From Sphyrna mokarran (taxonomy: Eukaryota): a stretch of DNA of 64,000 nt. Below the pieces are notes generated by a model. That model worked only from the letters and a program-made list of their open reading frames with translations, did no database searches and was not told the origin of the DNA. Location: the NCBI GenBank assembly GCA_024679065.1, contig JAGIQG010000014.1:75144001-75208000 (forward strand). Direction: 5' to 3'. The translations under genes were made by a program, and so were the position numbers. Of the stretch, positions 1 to 12,149 are shown piece by piece (the stretch's first letter is position 1; each line of letters starts with the position of its first letter).

Positions 1-1490
1 TCAGGGTCGTTTTACCTTTGCGATTCCTCAACTCTGCCCACAGAGATTCTATGCCTTCTGATCTGGTATAACTTCTTGCTATCGATTTAACTTCATTCCT
101 TATTAACATTGCAAAGCCGCCCCTTTTGCCTATATGCATATCCTTTCGATTGGACACATATGTTTGGATATTTAGATCCTGTTCCTGATAGATTTGCAGC
201 CATGCCTCTGTGATGCCCAGAACATTGGAGCGGCCAATTTCAATGTGAGCAACCAACTCATTTACATTGTTCCATATACTGTGAGAATTTAGGTGCTATA
301 CCCTCAGTCCTGCATTGACCATTTCTTTTCTCATATTTGTCACCTTTTTTTGCTTTGCCTGAGGTTAGATTCCTGCTACCTTCTATATGCTCTGCTCATG
401 GTCTTGAAAATTTACTAAATTTTCCTGAGCACTCGTCTCCTTTAACTAGTTAGAAGCCCTCAATATTAACGCACAATTTTACCCTTCCCTTAAAGTTTGA
501 TTTTCTAATTCTCCTTACAACTGAACCCCCTCCTCCCCCACTATTTAGTTTAAAGCCTTATGTACATCCCCAGTTCTACAATTCGTCAGAACTCTGGCTC
601 CAGCATAATTCAGTTGAAGACAATTTCATCGGAACAGTGCCCTGTTCCCTAATTCTGGCGCCCCTGTCCCACGAATTCAAATCCATTCCTCGCACCCCAA
701 TCTTTCATGATGTTCATTCACCTCCTTCATGTTATTGACCCTGTGCCAATTAGCTCTTGTCTCAAGTCGTAATCAACCTTTTTGGTTGTGTTTTTTTAAA
801 AAATTTAGCTCTTAGCTGTTCATATTCCCTTAAAAGAACAATTGCTCCCGTTCTACCTATGCCATTGGTAACTATGTGAACCACGCCGACTGGATCTTTA
901 CTCTCCCACTCCAAGTTCTTTTGCAGCCCAGATGATATATCCATACCCAACCACGAGGCAGGCAAAACAACTTTCGGGATTCTCCATCCTGATCATAGAG
1001 ATCAGTGTCAATTCCCCTAACTATACTATCCGCAATGACGACTACGTTTCTATTTTCTCCCCTCATTTGAATGACTCCTTGTACCACGGTGCCATGGCCA
1101 GTTTTCTCATCTTTCCTGCATGCTCTACATAGGAAGCAAGAATGTCAAACCTGTTAGACAAATTCAGGGACTCAGGCTTCTGCAACACTACCTCCTCGAT
1201 CCATCTACCGCCTCACTCACAGTCACAGCCACCTTCGTTGACCATTGGTCAAATTCAAGGTATTTAATCTTAGTGGTGTGACTACCTCCTGGAAGATAGT
1301 ATCCAGGTATCTCTCCCCCTCCTAACGTGTTACAGCTCTGAAGCTCAGAATCCAACTCATCAACTCTAAGCCGGAGTTCCTCAAGCAACCAACTCTTACT
1401 GCAAACGTGCTCACTGAGAACCACAATGGGGTCCACCAGATCTCGCATCATACAGGAACAACACGTCACCTGACTCTCCATCTCTATTGT
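1..1490 (-). mobile_element. Decayed CR1-clade LINE, 5' portion (ORF1 Cys-rich + SGNH esterase, start of ORF2 endonuclease)
   Basis: ORF 1188..1481 (CCSCMM...HVCSK...LRLRVDELDSEL) and ORF 872..1087 (VVVIADSIVRGID...CLP) resemble CR1 ORF1. Bases 1-330 read as a degenerate APE start (GITEAWLQ...RGG...ESLWAELRNRKG). Confidence 0.8.
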
Positions 1491-3369
1491 ATTTAATTAT
1501 TTTTAATCTAGGTTTTTTTAATATTTAAACTTTTTAAAATTATATATCCCCTCATTACCTCAGTCTCAACGCAATTTCTAACCAGTAACTTAAATAGATT
1601 TTCAAATTTAGTACTGCTCCTTGTTAGCTAATCAAATCACACCCCTTCTGTTGTGTCACTTCTAAGTTTTTTTTTTAACCCAAAATCAGTCAGTTTCAGA
1701 GAATGAAGACTATCACTTTCTTACCATTCAGCACTTTCCGTTGTGGCCTTTGCCGCCTGTTTCCACCCAACTCCAAAAACGCTCCTCACAGCTCGGCAGC
1801 ACTCACCGTGCAGGTCTACTCTTACACCTCTTTCCATCCTTTTTTGTTCTTCACATTTTGGGCTTTTTCTTTCCTTTTCTTTGACTGTGCATCGTTGGGC
1901 GCGAGTTGGACTTGTCACACATATAGAGAGATTTTTGGGGTCGGCCAAAGAGAGGATGTATCCCCTTATGCTCTGCCACTTTTTTTTCGGCTCACGTCCA
2001 TTCCTCGTTGCTCCCCGTGATGTTTCGCCTTTATTCTGTGGTCTGTTGTCTTCTTGACACCTGGGCCTTTTTTCTTCTTATATATTATATATTATTTTCC
2101 ATGTTAGCTTTTTCTTATGTGATGATGTGGGAGTAAAAGAAACGCGATGTTCTGCTTCTGTCGTATTTTAGGTGGTGGTTGGGGGTGGGGGGAAGTTGTT
2201 GACGTGTGTGTTAGGAGGGAGCTGTTAGGTTGAGTGTTTACATGATTCCGGGTGCTGGGGTGGATGTCCAAGTGGTGTACAACAATGAAAAATGTTTTAT
2301 TTTGGCTCTATAACTTTGATTTTCTTCTGAGGTGATGTGGCTTTGCACTTTTGTAGGCAGTTTCTTTTCATCGCCAGAGATTATTAAAACTTCATCACTA
2401 TTAAATTGCATCTTTGAAAATGCACATGAACTTAAATTCATGAGCCCTAATTTTCCAGTCACCCGCAGTGTAGGGCAAAAGCGAAGGTATCCTGATTCAC
2501 ACCGGTTCTGCTTCTGTCAGTGAGATCTTAAACAGCGAGCTCTCCGAAGGAGCGGGTATCTCTGACAGCAATGTTTGCATTTCTGCCAGTGACTGCGAAT
2601 ACGCAATTGCTTTCAGATGCACCCTGAAATGAAAAGAAACGCTGATACACCTGCTGTGATTTTTCAGTATAATCTCTCCGGATATTTTGCACCCTTATAG
2701 TCGCAACAAAAGTAACCAAAATTACAGATGACTAGTTTGTATGATTGTCACCGCAGTGTCCTACACGCGACTTTCCTTTCTTCACTGAGGCCTTTGACAT
2801 CTTGGACCAGAATATATTACCCAACTGTATTTCCATATCTCACGACCAAATGCAAAGTACTACGAACTATGCATTCTGAAATAAGAACAATAAATATTGA
2901 AATTCTCATCAGATTAGAGAGCATGTATGGAGAGAACAGAGCCAACGTTGTATGGCCCATGGTCTTTCATCAGACCAATATTCTCTGTCACTCCCCTAGC
3001 TTGTTGATTGCAATAAAGAGCGATAATGTGTATACAGTTCACTGGGTGATCATGCTCTCCCCGCGCTTGGACCATTTCACTACTACTTTGCCTTCAGGGC
3101 GCTATTTCCAATTGTGGCATTATCTATATATATATGGTCAGTTTATACACATTATTTCGTTGGAAACCATTCTACCGCTGCATCATCAATATCAATCACT
3201 TCACAGACTATGTTACTGGATTGCATGACTGCCATTATGTTTTCGGCAAATTTTCTCCGAAGAAAAACTTATTACCTACAAAGATATCGCTGTTGCAAGC
3301 TTCTTACCACTGCAATTAGTTAAGGAAGTTTCCAAGAAAGCTAAGAAAATTCGGCATGTCTATTACGAC

Positions 3370-3897
3370 TCATTAAGATTTACAGGTGCATCATAGAAAG
3401 TTTTCTCGATGTATCACGGGTTGTTTTGGTTGATGTTCTGACCAAGACCGCAAGAAACTACAACGTGTTATGAACGTAGCCCAGTCCATCGTGCAAATCA
3501 GCCTCCCATCCACTGACTTCGCCTACATTTCCTGCTGCCTCGGAAAAGCAGCCAACATAAACAGGGTTCCTGGGTACATGCTCTCTTCCACCTTCTTCCA
3601 TTGAGAAACCGATACAAACGTCTGAAATCACGTAGCAACCGATTCAAGAACAATTTCTTCCCTGCTGCGATCAGATCTTTGAATACAACTTCTGGATATT
3701 AAGCTGATCATTCTCTACACGCTAGCTATGTCTGTAACAATATATTTTGCACACTCACTTTTCATTCTCCTGTATCTTCTCTATGAACATTGGGGAGGTG
3801 TTTTGGCTAAATAGCGCGTAAGAAACATTAGTTTTCGCTGTATTCCAATACATCCGACTGTAATAAATCAAAACACATCCAGTCAAATCAAATCAAG
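3370..3897 (+). mobile_element. Rex1/Babar-like LINE 3' end (decayed)
   Basis: Degenerate ORF end (RT.RFKNNFFPAAIR-like) followed by AATAAA and a (TCAAA)n tail at ~3863-3897. Confidence 0.55.
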
Positions 3898-4389
3898 TTT
3901 GCGGCTTTCCCGTCAATGGGGTGGATCATTTCGATTTTCTACATCTCTAGCGTTCTCGAAACTCTCCTTAAAATCCATCTATTTGACTATCATTTGGTCA
4001 TACTATTAATCTCTATTTTGGTGTGTTCTTTAAGGGGCCATTTCCGTCAGATTATATCCTCGGCTTTTACTGTTTTTACAGATCGTAATAAATAAGTACT
4101 GTTGAGCACCTCTCTTTTTCACTCATACACGTTACTGATTTAAATAACAGCAAAGCAAGTTTTGACTTTCAACTCCGTCTGGAATTTATTCCAAACATCA
4201 ACCTTTTCATGACAATTTCAAATACTTACAGCTCCCAGTTCACGTGCGTAAAAATGTTTGTCAGTCATTGAATGAGAAAATTACATTGTTGGAATGTTGT
4301 TGATGATGACACAGGCACCTGCGTAGCCATGTCAGGTGTAAATGACAATTCACCACTCAGACCTTTAACAGAAAGCTTACAGCGGTAGT

Positions 4390-5012
4390 GATAGGAAACA
4401 AAGTGGATAGAGCCATGGAGAAGGCTTATAGTGTGTTAGCGTTTAATAACAAGGGATTTGAATTTAAGAGCAGTGGGTTTACGCTACAACTATACCGGAC
4501 CTTAGTGAGACCAGATTTGGAATATTGTATGCAGTTCTTGTCATCTCACTATAAGAAGAATGAGGAAGCATTGGAGAGAGTGCATAGGAGATTTACCAGG
4601 ATGCTGCCTGATTTGGAGGATATATCTTATGAGGAAAGTTTGAGGGAGCTGGGCTTTTCTTTTTAGAGCGGAGGAAAATGAGAGGCGACTTAATAGAGGC
4701 TTATAAGATGATGATGGGAATAGAGTGGACGTGCAGAGATTATTTCCTCTGGTGAATGTAGCTGTTACTAGCGGGTATAACTATAAGGTTCATGGTGGGA
4801 GATACTGGAGGGATGACCGAGGTAGAGTGGTTGGGGTGTAGAATGCCGTGATAGTGGAATTGGACAGTTTAAGAAGTTTCAAGCAGTTATTGGATAGACG
4901 CATGGAGCACAACAGTATGATAGAGAGTGGGATAGCTTGATCTTGGGTTTGGACACAGTTCGGCACAACATCGAGGGCCAAAGATCCTGTGCTGTGCTGT
5001 ACGGTTCCATGT
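4390..5012 (+). mobile_element. CR1 LINE 3' fragment
   Basis: ORF 4388..4666 contains LYRTLVRPDLEYCMQF..LERVHRRFTRMLP. It ends in a CR1-type 3' UTR GGGCCAAAGATCCTGTGCTGTGCTGTACGGTTCCATGTTC. Confidence 0.85.
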
Positions 5013-6633
5013 TCGCGGACAATTCTGAATGAGTATCTTCAACAGCTCACCACGATGTTTCCAAAATTGAGTTAACAATAACTATACATGAATTTGACGA
5101 TTAACAATGGTCAATTAACTCCAGGGCAATTTCAACCTGATAATGGAACAGTGAATATATGGCTTACCTTTCATTGCACTTCTCAGTTTATGTTCTGCAC
5201 CAAAAATGCAAGTGGTGCATGCAGTACTCGCCAAAAGGCTGAACTTCCGAAAAGAAACCGAATAGACACATTGATTATAGCGGATTAATAGGCAATTATT
5301 CCATTTGCTATAAGTTTCTTTATTGAGCTCATTCTATGTGACCCCCTGATTATTGAGGGACACAACGTAAACATTTGGCTGACTTGTTCTTCACAAACGG
5401 ATCTTGTCTTCTAACAATACACTCAATTCGTTTTTTCACGTTCAGCAATCATGTCACCTATGGCAAAGGAAGGAAAATATGGCACACCAAAACAGTTGAT
5501 TACGTTAAGATGGATTGAATGGGAAGCAACAAATGATTCCATCTCACCGGGTTGATGGTAATGAGTGACTATTTTCTCTGGGTTTTGATGAAAATGGATA
5601 GAATCAAATAAGTCCCTGAAGCTGCATCAATATCAATCTCTTCTACAAGATGCAGCAGTGACTATCATGAATTTGTCGGGCTAAAAATAAACTATTAGAT
5701 TCATTTTCTAGAGGCACAAGTTGCCTAAAGTTTTTCAGAAATGTGATCTTAATCTGCTACTGTTGAATGGAATCCATTAGCAGTATGTTGCCGAGCTTTC
5801 CCACATTATAATCTGCTCGTGTCTTATTTCATATGTTGATTTGATGAAATTGTTCAACATGTAAAACTGAATGCAATGTTGCTAATGATCAATTTTCTGT
5901 AAAATATTTATGTGAAAAGTTGACTTGTCAATCTTAAACTTTACTGGAATTTAACATTATTCTCGAAAGCCTATTTACTACATTCATTATTGCACAATTC
6001 ATATTGAGGAGCTAATTTTTGAAATTTTCCACAATTTTTGCCTAATTATTCGGATGTATCATTGACGCATGCAATGATAGGAAACTTACTCACCAACGAC
6101 AGCATGATTCTACGGATGATTTCCAGGTTGTTGTACATAAATTGCAGGGGTTCTGCAGTCAAAAGTTGTAAGTATGCCGGGTGTTACGGCAACAGCACGA
6201 TGGGCTACCCTCGGCTCTTGCTGACGTGGAAGAAATGCGTGTATCCCCAGCATTTTAAAACATAAAATGTATATTTTAAACATTGTTTCTGCAGAGTTTT
6301 CCATTAGGTTTCCCGCATCGAGGGATACATAAGAATTTGGAATCTCTGTAGATTTCATTTCTTGAAGCCAAACGTGTGCCACTCTGCATCAAGCATGGTT
6401 CAGTAGGAGGCTCTTCCACTTAAAATACCTGCAAAATATTGTTGGAAGAATTTGCAGGTTGATCACCTGTTTCACTGCGTAATAAACACATCTTTCTTTG
6501 TTATTAAGCCTTGTGTGGGAATCAAGCCCAGTGCTCCAGGCTCAGATTAGGAACGAAACATACTGCGCCACCAGGCCATTTATTAGATTTTAGGTTGCGC
6601 ACTATGAAATGTTAAACATTTCGGAACAGTGTA

Positions 6634-6723
6634 GCTTTAAGTTCAGTAGCTGCAATTATTGGTTAAGTCTATTCGTGTCGCTGTCTACCAATAAGGAACT
6701 GAGAGACTGGCAGTGATCTACCC
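6634..6723 (+). promoter_or_regulatory. Pcdh promoter conserved sequence element (CGCT box, putative CTCF site) with flanking inverted CCAAT boxes, gene 1
   Basis: GCTTTAAG 6634, TGCAATTATTGGTT 6651, GTGTCGCTGTCTACCAATAAG 6675-6695, GATC 6715. CGCT lies 260 bp upstream of the ATG, and the cassette recurs before all five genes. Confidence 0.85.
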
Positions 6724-6938
6724 TCCTCCTCCGGCAGAGAAACAACAGAAGAGAAGAGACAGATGGTGCCTGCCCTTTTGTTGGACGGACATGCTCAAAG
6801 AAGCTGCTCAGGTCAGGCCTTTTCAGTCCTCAGTTTAACGTTAGCATTTAGAAATATATTTTATTTATGTCACAGAAGAAAAAAATATAAATGGTTGGCC
6901 GATGTTTTGAAATTTTACGACAAATTTCAGTCACAGCA

Positions 6939-9332
6939 ATGGCGAATATACTCAGGAGCGGGGCGTGTTTCATTTTCCTGCTGTGTGTGGCCGACCTGGT
7001 TTCTGGACAAATTCGTTATGCGATTCCCGAGGAGCTGGAGCACGGGACCTTTGTGGGCAATATCGCTGAGGACTTAACACTCAAAGTCTGGGAATTACCG
7101 GCTCGCAAATTTCGGTTGGTCTCTGATGACAAGGCACAGTACATGGCAGTAAATCAAGAAAATGGGATTTTATATGTTAATGAAAGAATCGACCGTGAAC
7201 TAATCTGTAAACAAAGCGCTCCGTGTTCCCTTTCATTTCAAGTAGGCCTTGATAATCCTTTGGAAATTCATCATGTCGCTGTGGAAATACTGGACGTAAA
7301 TGACAATTCACCTAGATTTTCAAAGGACGAATTCTCTCTGCAAATTGATGAGTTAACAGCTCCAGGTGCGCGCTTCCCAGTCGAGCGAGCGCACGATCCA
7401 GATGTGGGTCCAAATGCAATCAGCACTTACCAAATCAGCCCAAACGAGCACTTCGGCATTAAAGTTCAGACAAGAACAGATGGAAGCAAAACTGCCGAGT
7501 TGTTATTAGAGAAGTCATTGGATCGTGAGCAACAGTCCAGCTTTCATATTGTACTGACCGCGATTGACGGCGGGATCCCGCACAGATCTGGCACCACACA
7601 GATTTTAATTATTGTAATAGATGGCAATGATAACGCACCCGTATTCGATCATGAAATCTATGAGGCAATAATCCCAGAAAATGCCCCTCAAGGTACCTTA
7701 GTAACAACAATCAAGGCTGTTGATTTAGATCAAGGCGTGAATGCGGAGGTAACGTATTCTTTCACAAGTCACGTGTCCGAAAGAATTTTCGAGCTGTTCA
7801 AATTGGACCCAATAACTGGAGAGATCAGAGTTCAGGCTGTATTGGATTTTGAAGAATCGAATGTTTACGAACTTGATGTGCAAGCCGTGGACAGCGCTCC
7901 ACCTATTATGACTGGACATGCCAAAGTAATGATCGATCTAATTGATATGAATGATAATATCCCTGAGATACAGGTGAGCTCAGTGTCCAACATCATTCCC
8001 GAAGACGCTGCACCAGGGTCGGTAATAGCTGCGATCAGTGTAACAGACTTAGATTCTGGAGCAAATGGTCAGGTGGAGTGTCAGGTTTCTGGAGATATTC
8101 CATTTAAACTCCAACAGTTTTTGACGAATAACTATAAATTGGTAACACGCGATACTCTTGATCGCGAAACGGCCCCGTTATACAACATATCTATTTCAGC
8201 CTGGGACAAAGGGTCCCCATCTCTTCATGCAAGCAAAATCATTTTGGTTTCGGTTTCAGATGTAAATGACAACGCACCTCGCTTTATAAAATCCTCATAT
8301 AACGTGTATCTGATGGAGAACAATACCCCTGGTGAGTCTATATTTGCTGTTACTGCTTTGGATCCAGATTTGGATCAGAATGGGGAGGTCATCTATTCAA
8401 TTGTGAACAATAAAATAGACGAGGAACCGATGTCAGCTTACGTTACAATTAATTCCAAAAATGGGAAACTTTACGCGATTCGTTCCTTTGATTATGAAAC
8501 ACTGAAATACTTTAATATCAAAATTCAAGCTGAGGATGCTGGATCTCCCCGTTTAAGCAGCACTGCCACCGTGGATATTATTATCTTGGACCAAAATGAC
8601 AATACTCCTGTTATTGTTTCACCTTTATCCTTCAACAGTTCAGCATCAGTGGAGATTAGCCCTCAGTCAGTGTATCCAGGTTACTTGATCACCAAGATAA
8701 TCGCGACTGACGCCGATTCCGGTCAGAATGCGAGGCTTTCCTACCAACTGTTGGGGGCCACTGATCCCAGTCTGTTCACCGTGGGGCCTCTGACTGGAGA
8801 AATAAGAGCAACTGGACGATTGAGAGACCAAGACATAATAATGGAACGATTGATCCTCAGTGTGAAGGATAATGGACAGCCAAGCCTTTCCAGTACAGTC
8901 GCCGTCACATTTTCCATTGTCCCCAATTTCACTGAAATATCTACTGAGCAAAATAACGTCCCGCGCCAGTCGGAATATTTCTCCGATTTAAATCGTTATT
9001 TGATCATCATTTTTGGATCGACTTCATTTTTGTTTCTCGTGACGATAATTTTTCTGATCGTCTTGAAATTTACACAAAAGAGAAATATTGCCGAAAACTA
9101 CAATTCTACAGCTTGTTCTCACAAAAGAAGTAATTCGAATAATGCTTTTAGTCAGAGACCTGCAACAAAGCCGCCTTTGAATTATAGCGGGACTTCTGAA
9201 ACGGAACGTTTTGGTTTCACTATCTGTTTATCACCAGAATCGTCGAAAAGCGATTTTCTGTTTCTGAAACCCTGCCATCCTACTTTGCCATTCAGTGAAG
9301 TGAATGTCCGTGATGCCAACGCGATGAACTAA
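6939..9332 (+). CDS. Clustered protocadherin, single large exon (gene 1; 797 aa, 6 EC + TM + short tail)
   Basis: Signal peptide then QIRYAIPEE, EC1 C-X5-C, repeated DRE/DxNDNxP/AxDxG motifs, TM LIIIFGSTSFLFLVTIIFLIVL, tail CLSPESSKSDFLFLKP. Start chosen from the GCAATGGCG context shared with paralogues; an in-frame ATG also exists at 6891. Confidence 0.95.
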   Translation: MANILRSGACFIFLLCVADLVSGQIRYAIPEELEHGTFVGNIAEDLTLKVWELPARKFRLVSDDKAQYMAVNQENGILYVNERIDRELICKQSAPCSLSFQVGLDNPLEIHHVAVEILDVNDNSPRFSKDEFSLQIDELTAPGARFPVERAHDPDVGPNAISTYQISPNEHFGIKVQTRTDGSKTAELLLEKSLDREQQSSFHIVLTAIDGGIPHRSGTTQILIIVIDGNDNAPVFDHEIYEAIIPENAPQGTLVTTIKAVDLDQGVNAEVTYSFTSHVSERIFELFKLDPITGEIRVQAVLDFEESNVYELDVQAVDSAPPIMTGHAKVMIDLIDMNDNIPEIQVSSVSNIIPEDAAPGSVIAAISVTDLDSGANGQVECQVSGDIPFKLQQFLTNNYKLVTRDTLDRETAPLYNISISAWDKGSPSLHASKIILVSVSDVNDNAPRFIKSSYNVYLMENNTPGESIFAVTALDPDLDQNGEVIYSIVNNKIDEEPMSAYVTINSKNGKLYAIRSFDYETLKYFNIKIQAEDAGSPRLSSTATVDIIILDQNDNTPVIVSPLSFNSSASVEISPQSVYPGYLITKIIATDADSGQNARLSYQLLGATDPSLFTVGPLTGEIRATGRLRDQDIIMERLILSVKDNGQPSLSSTVAVTFSIVPNFTEISTEQNNVPRQSEYFSDLNRYLIIIFGSTSFLFLVTIIFLIVLKFTQKRNIAENYNSTACSHKRSNSNNAFSQRPATKPPLNYSGTSETERFGFTICLSPESSKSDFLFLKPCHPTLPFSEVNVRDANAMN

Positions 9333-9659
9333 TGTAGAAAGCAACTCTTATGTCCGCAGGTAATTCATTTTAATGATGATTTATGTTTATTCAATTAATG
9401 TTGGTTTTGATATACTTGACCAAATGCTTCCACTGCTCGCAGAAGGCACGGCAGTTTAATTTCTTACTGCTCTTTGTGAGGAAGCCAGATCAGAAACACC
9501 AAGGTATATTATTAAGCCAGGCTAGACCCCAAAGTTTTCCTTATTTTGACTTAAATCTAAGGAAAGAATGTTTTACTCCAGGCATAATTCCACTGATAAA
9601 TTACGGATATTTTAACAAAGATAAGCTGAATTCATAATATAATTGGCGAATACATCCTG

Positions 9660-11800
9660 CCATTTTCTGTTCTTTTCCATCAGTTCACACATTGGAACAA
9701 TCATGCTGGTAAATTTGGCACGAATGTCCTTAGGAAGAACTCATGCTAGGAATCTCAACCTTATCATCTCATTGACAGCACTGGGAACTCGCCAATAGTT
9801 TTAGTTTTCATATTCCGCAGGGCCATCTCTCCAAGTGGAATTGGATGGCCTAGGAATATGGCTTGGGCTTTTGCAAATTCATCTTCAGTCAAGTTTACCA
9901 TAGAACCAGCCTCCTGTAATCAAACGAACAATTCTTTTAAATGTTCCAAATGACCCTTCCACGTTTGTTTGAAAACCATCAGATACTGCAGAGTTAATTA
10001 ATCCATAAATGAGCAATTTGGTTAATCTTTGGAGTGTCACTGGCATAGTCTTCATTCCAAATGGCATGATTTTAAATTGCTACGGAACATTTGGCATCAC
10101 ATATATCAAAATCTCCTTCACACTTCTGATAACAGCAGTTGCCAGTATCCTTCAAGTAAGTAAAGTTTAGCAATTCAATTGACTTGCCTCATCCTTTCAA
10201 TGCAGTCTTCCATTCGAGGAATAGGATACAAATCTGACTTTGTAAATGCATTGACATTTCTATAGTCCATGCACTATGCAACATTTAATTTTAGTAATAT
10301 CACTGTGGGAGAGGTCCAGTTATTGCAACTTACTTTAATGATATTGTTCTTACGCATAGTTCAACCACTTTTGAACCTGTGCCAACTTGGTAGGTTCAGC
10401 CTATGTGGATGTTGCTCAATGGGAACAGCATTTCCTACATCTACACCATGAACAATTACTTCAATCCTTCACAGTTAATTCCCAGATGCAGTTCTATGTG
10501 ATTATAATAACTCTTCAAGGTTATTTCAATTTTCTTCTCGAAAGTAACTCAGTAGTTTATCGCAAATACTGATTACTTCCTCATTGCCAAATCTAATTTA
10601 TAGAATGTCAAATTCATAATAATCTTGATCTGTCTCTTCACATCTAGTTGTAGCAATTAGCACATTCTCTTTCTGCTTTGCTTCTCTTTCAAAAGAACAT
10701 TTGCACACATTAACATGGCAGATAATGTGTGTGTCCTGTCCATCTGATGTCTTTTTCAAATAATTCATCTCGCTTAGTTTAAGAACATAAGGACATAAGA
10801 AATTGGAGCAGGAGTAGGCTATCTAGCCCTTCGAGCCTGCCCAGCCATTCAAGAAAATCATGGCTGATCTACAGTAAATCAGTTCCATTCTCCCACTTTC
10901 TCCTCATTACTCTTAATTCCCTTACCGATCAGAAATCTATCAATCTGTGACTTAAACATATTCACCGAGATAGCCTCGACCACTGGGCAGAGAATTCCAG
11001 AGATTCACCACTCTTTGAGTGAAGAAGCTCCTTCTCAACTCCGTTCTAAACTGCGTCCCCGCCCCCCCCCCCCCCCCCCCCCACACCCTTACTTTGAGTC
11101 TGTGCCCTCTAGTTCTATTTTCCTGTCTAAGCGGAAAGTCTACCTAACTAGCCCCTTCATTATTTTTGTAAGTCACTATAAGATCCCCTCTCAGCCTTCT
11201 AAACTGCAACGAGTATAGACCCAGTCTATTTAATCTCTTCTGATAAGCTAACCCTCATCTCCTGGTAAACTTTCTCTGTACTCCCTCCAAGGCCAATATA
11301 TCCTTACGCAAATAAGGAGACCAAAACTGCACACGGCATCCAAGTTGCGGCTTCACCAGTCCCTTATGCAGATGGAGGAAGACATCCTGCTTTTATATTC
11401 CATCCCCCTCGCGATAAAGAGCAACTTCTGCCCACTGGTTTTCATTTTTTTGAGAATATGTTACAGAGCAAATCTCAATACCTTTATTCAGGTAAAAATT
11501 AATTGTGGTAGCCTTGACTGACAATATTAATATTAACATCAATGAGGCAAAAATGTCCAGATACTGATGACAAAGCTATTGCAAATTTTGATTTAGTTTC
11601 TTAAATGTTAGGTGGCACATAAAGTTCAGAGGAAACGGGTTTCCTTACTCTAACAAAGTTAAAAGGTGAAGAACTGTGTTTATCATTATATGATCGGTTT
11701 ATTTTGTTTTTGGTAACACGTGAAATATCTAAACGCTCACCTTCTTAAATGTTGTCAGAGATACCATAGAAAGAAACGTTTGTATTTAATTCATTGTTTT
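9660..11800 (-). mobile_element. Decayed Gypsy-type LTR retrotransposon internal fragment (integrase end then RT), interrupted by CR1
   Basis: Minus strand reads MDYRNVNAFTKSDLYPIPRMEDCIE, GYWQ and MPFGMK..TLQRL (Ty3/Gypsy RT). Upstream on the same strand it reads LSEMNYLKKT..IICHVN (integrase C-terminus-like). The 11426-11800 portion is less certain. Confidence 0.7.
10781..11425 (-). mobile_element. CR1 LINE 3' end nested in the Gypsy relic
   Basis: Begins AAGAACATAAGGACATAAGAAATTGGAGCAGGAGTAGGC (reverse of a CR1 tail) and is clearly similar to 38506-39070. Confidence 0.8.
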
Positions 11801-12149
11801 CCCTCTCGAATTAACACTAACACAATTGGTTTTTAAAAGTTATAAAATATGATGCTGATTCCATTTGCGAGATCTTCATTTTTGAGAGAGCGTGCAAAAA
11901 GAGTGAATGAATTATGCACAATGACGCATGTTCAAAAATCAGTCTTAACACCTAAAATTCAATACTTATAATCATATGTAAGAATGTTACATAAAGCATC
12001 TAGGTGCGAAATTTTTCTGAACATGCCCTTCTTGCTGGGATGTAAAATCAAGAAGGTGCCATTGCCATAACTGTCTGCGTTTAAGAATCTGAGGAATCAA
12101 ATTTGGAAAGATCTGCTAAATTAACTCGTAGTGACAAGGGAAGTGAGAA

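Noticed and set aside
2728-3228. 166-aa ORF
   Set aside because: No recognisable domain; composition is typical of a chance ORF in AT-rich intergenic DNA.
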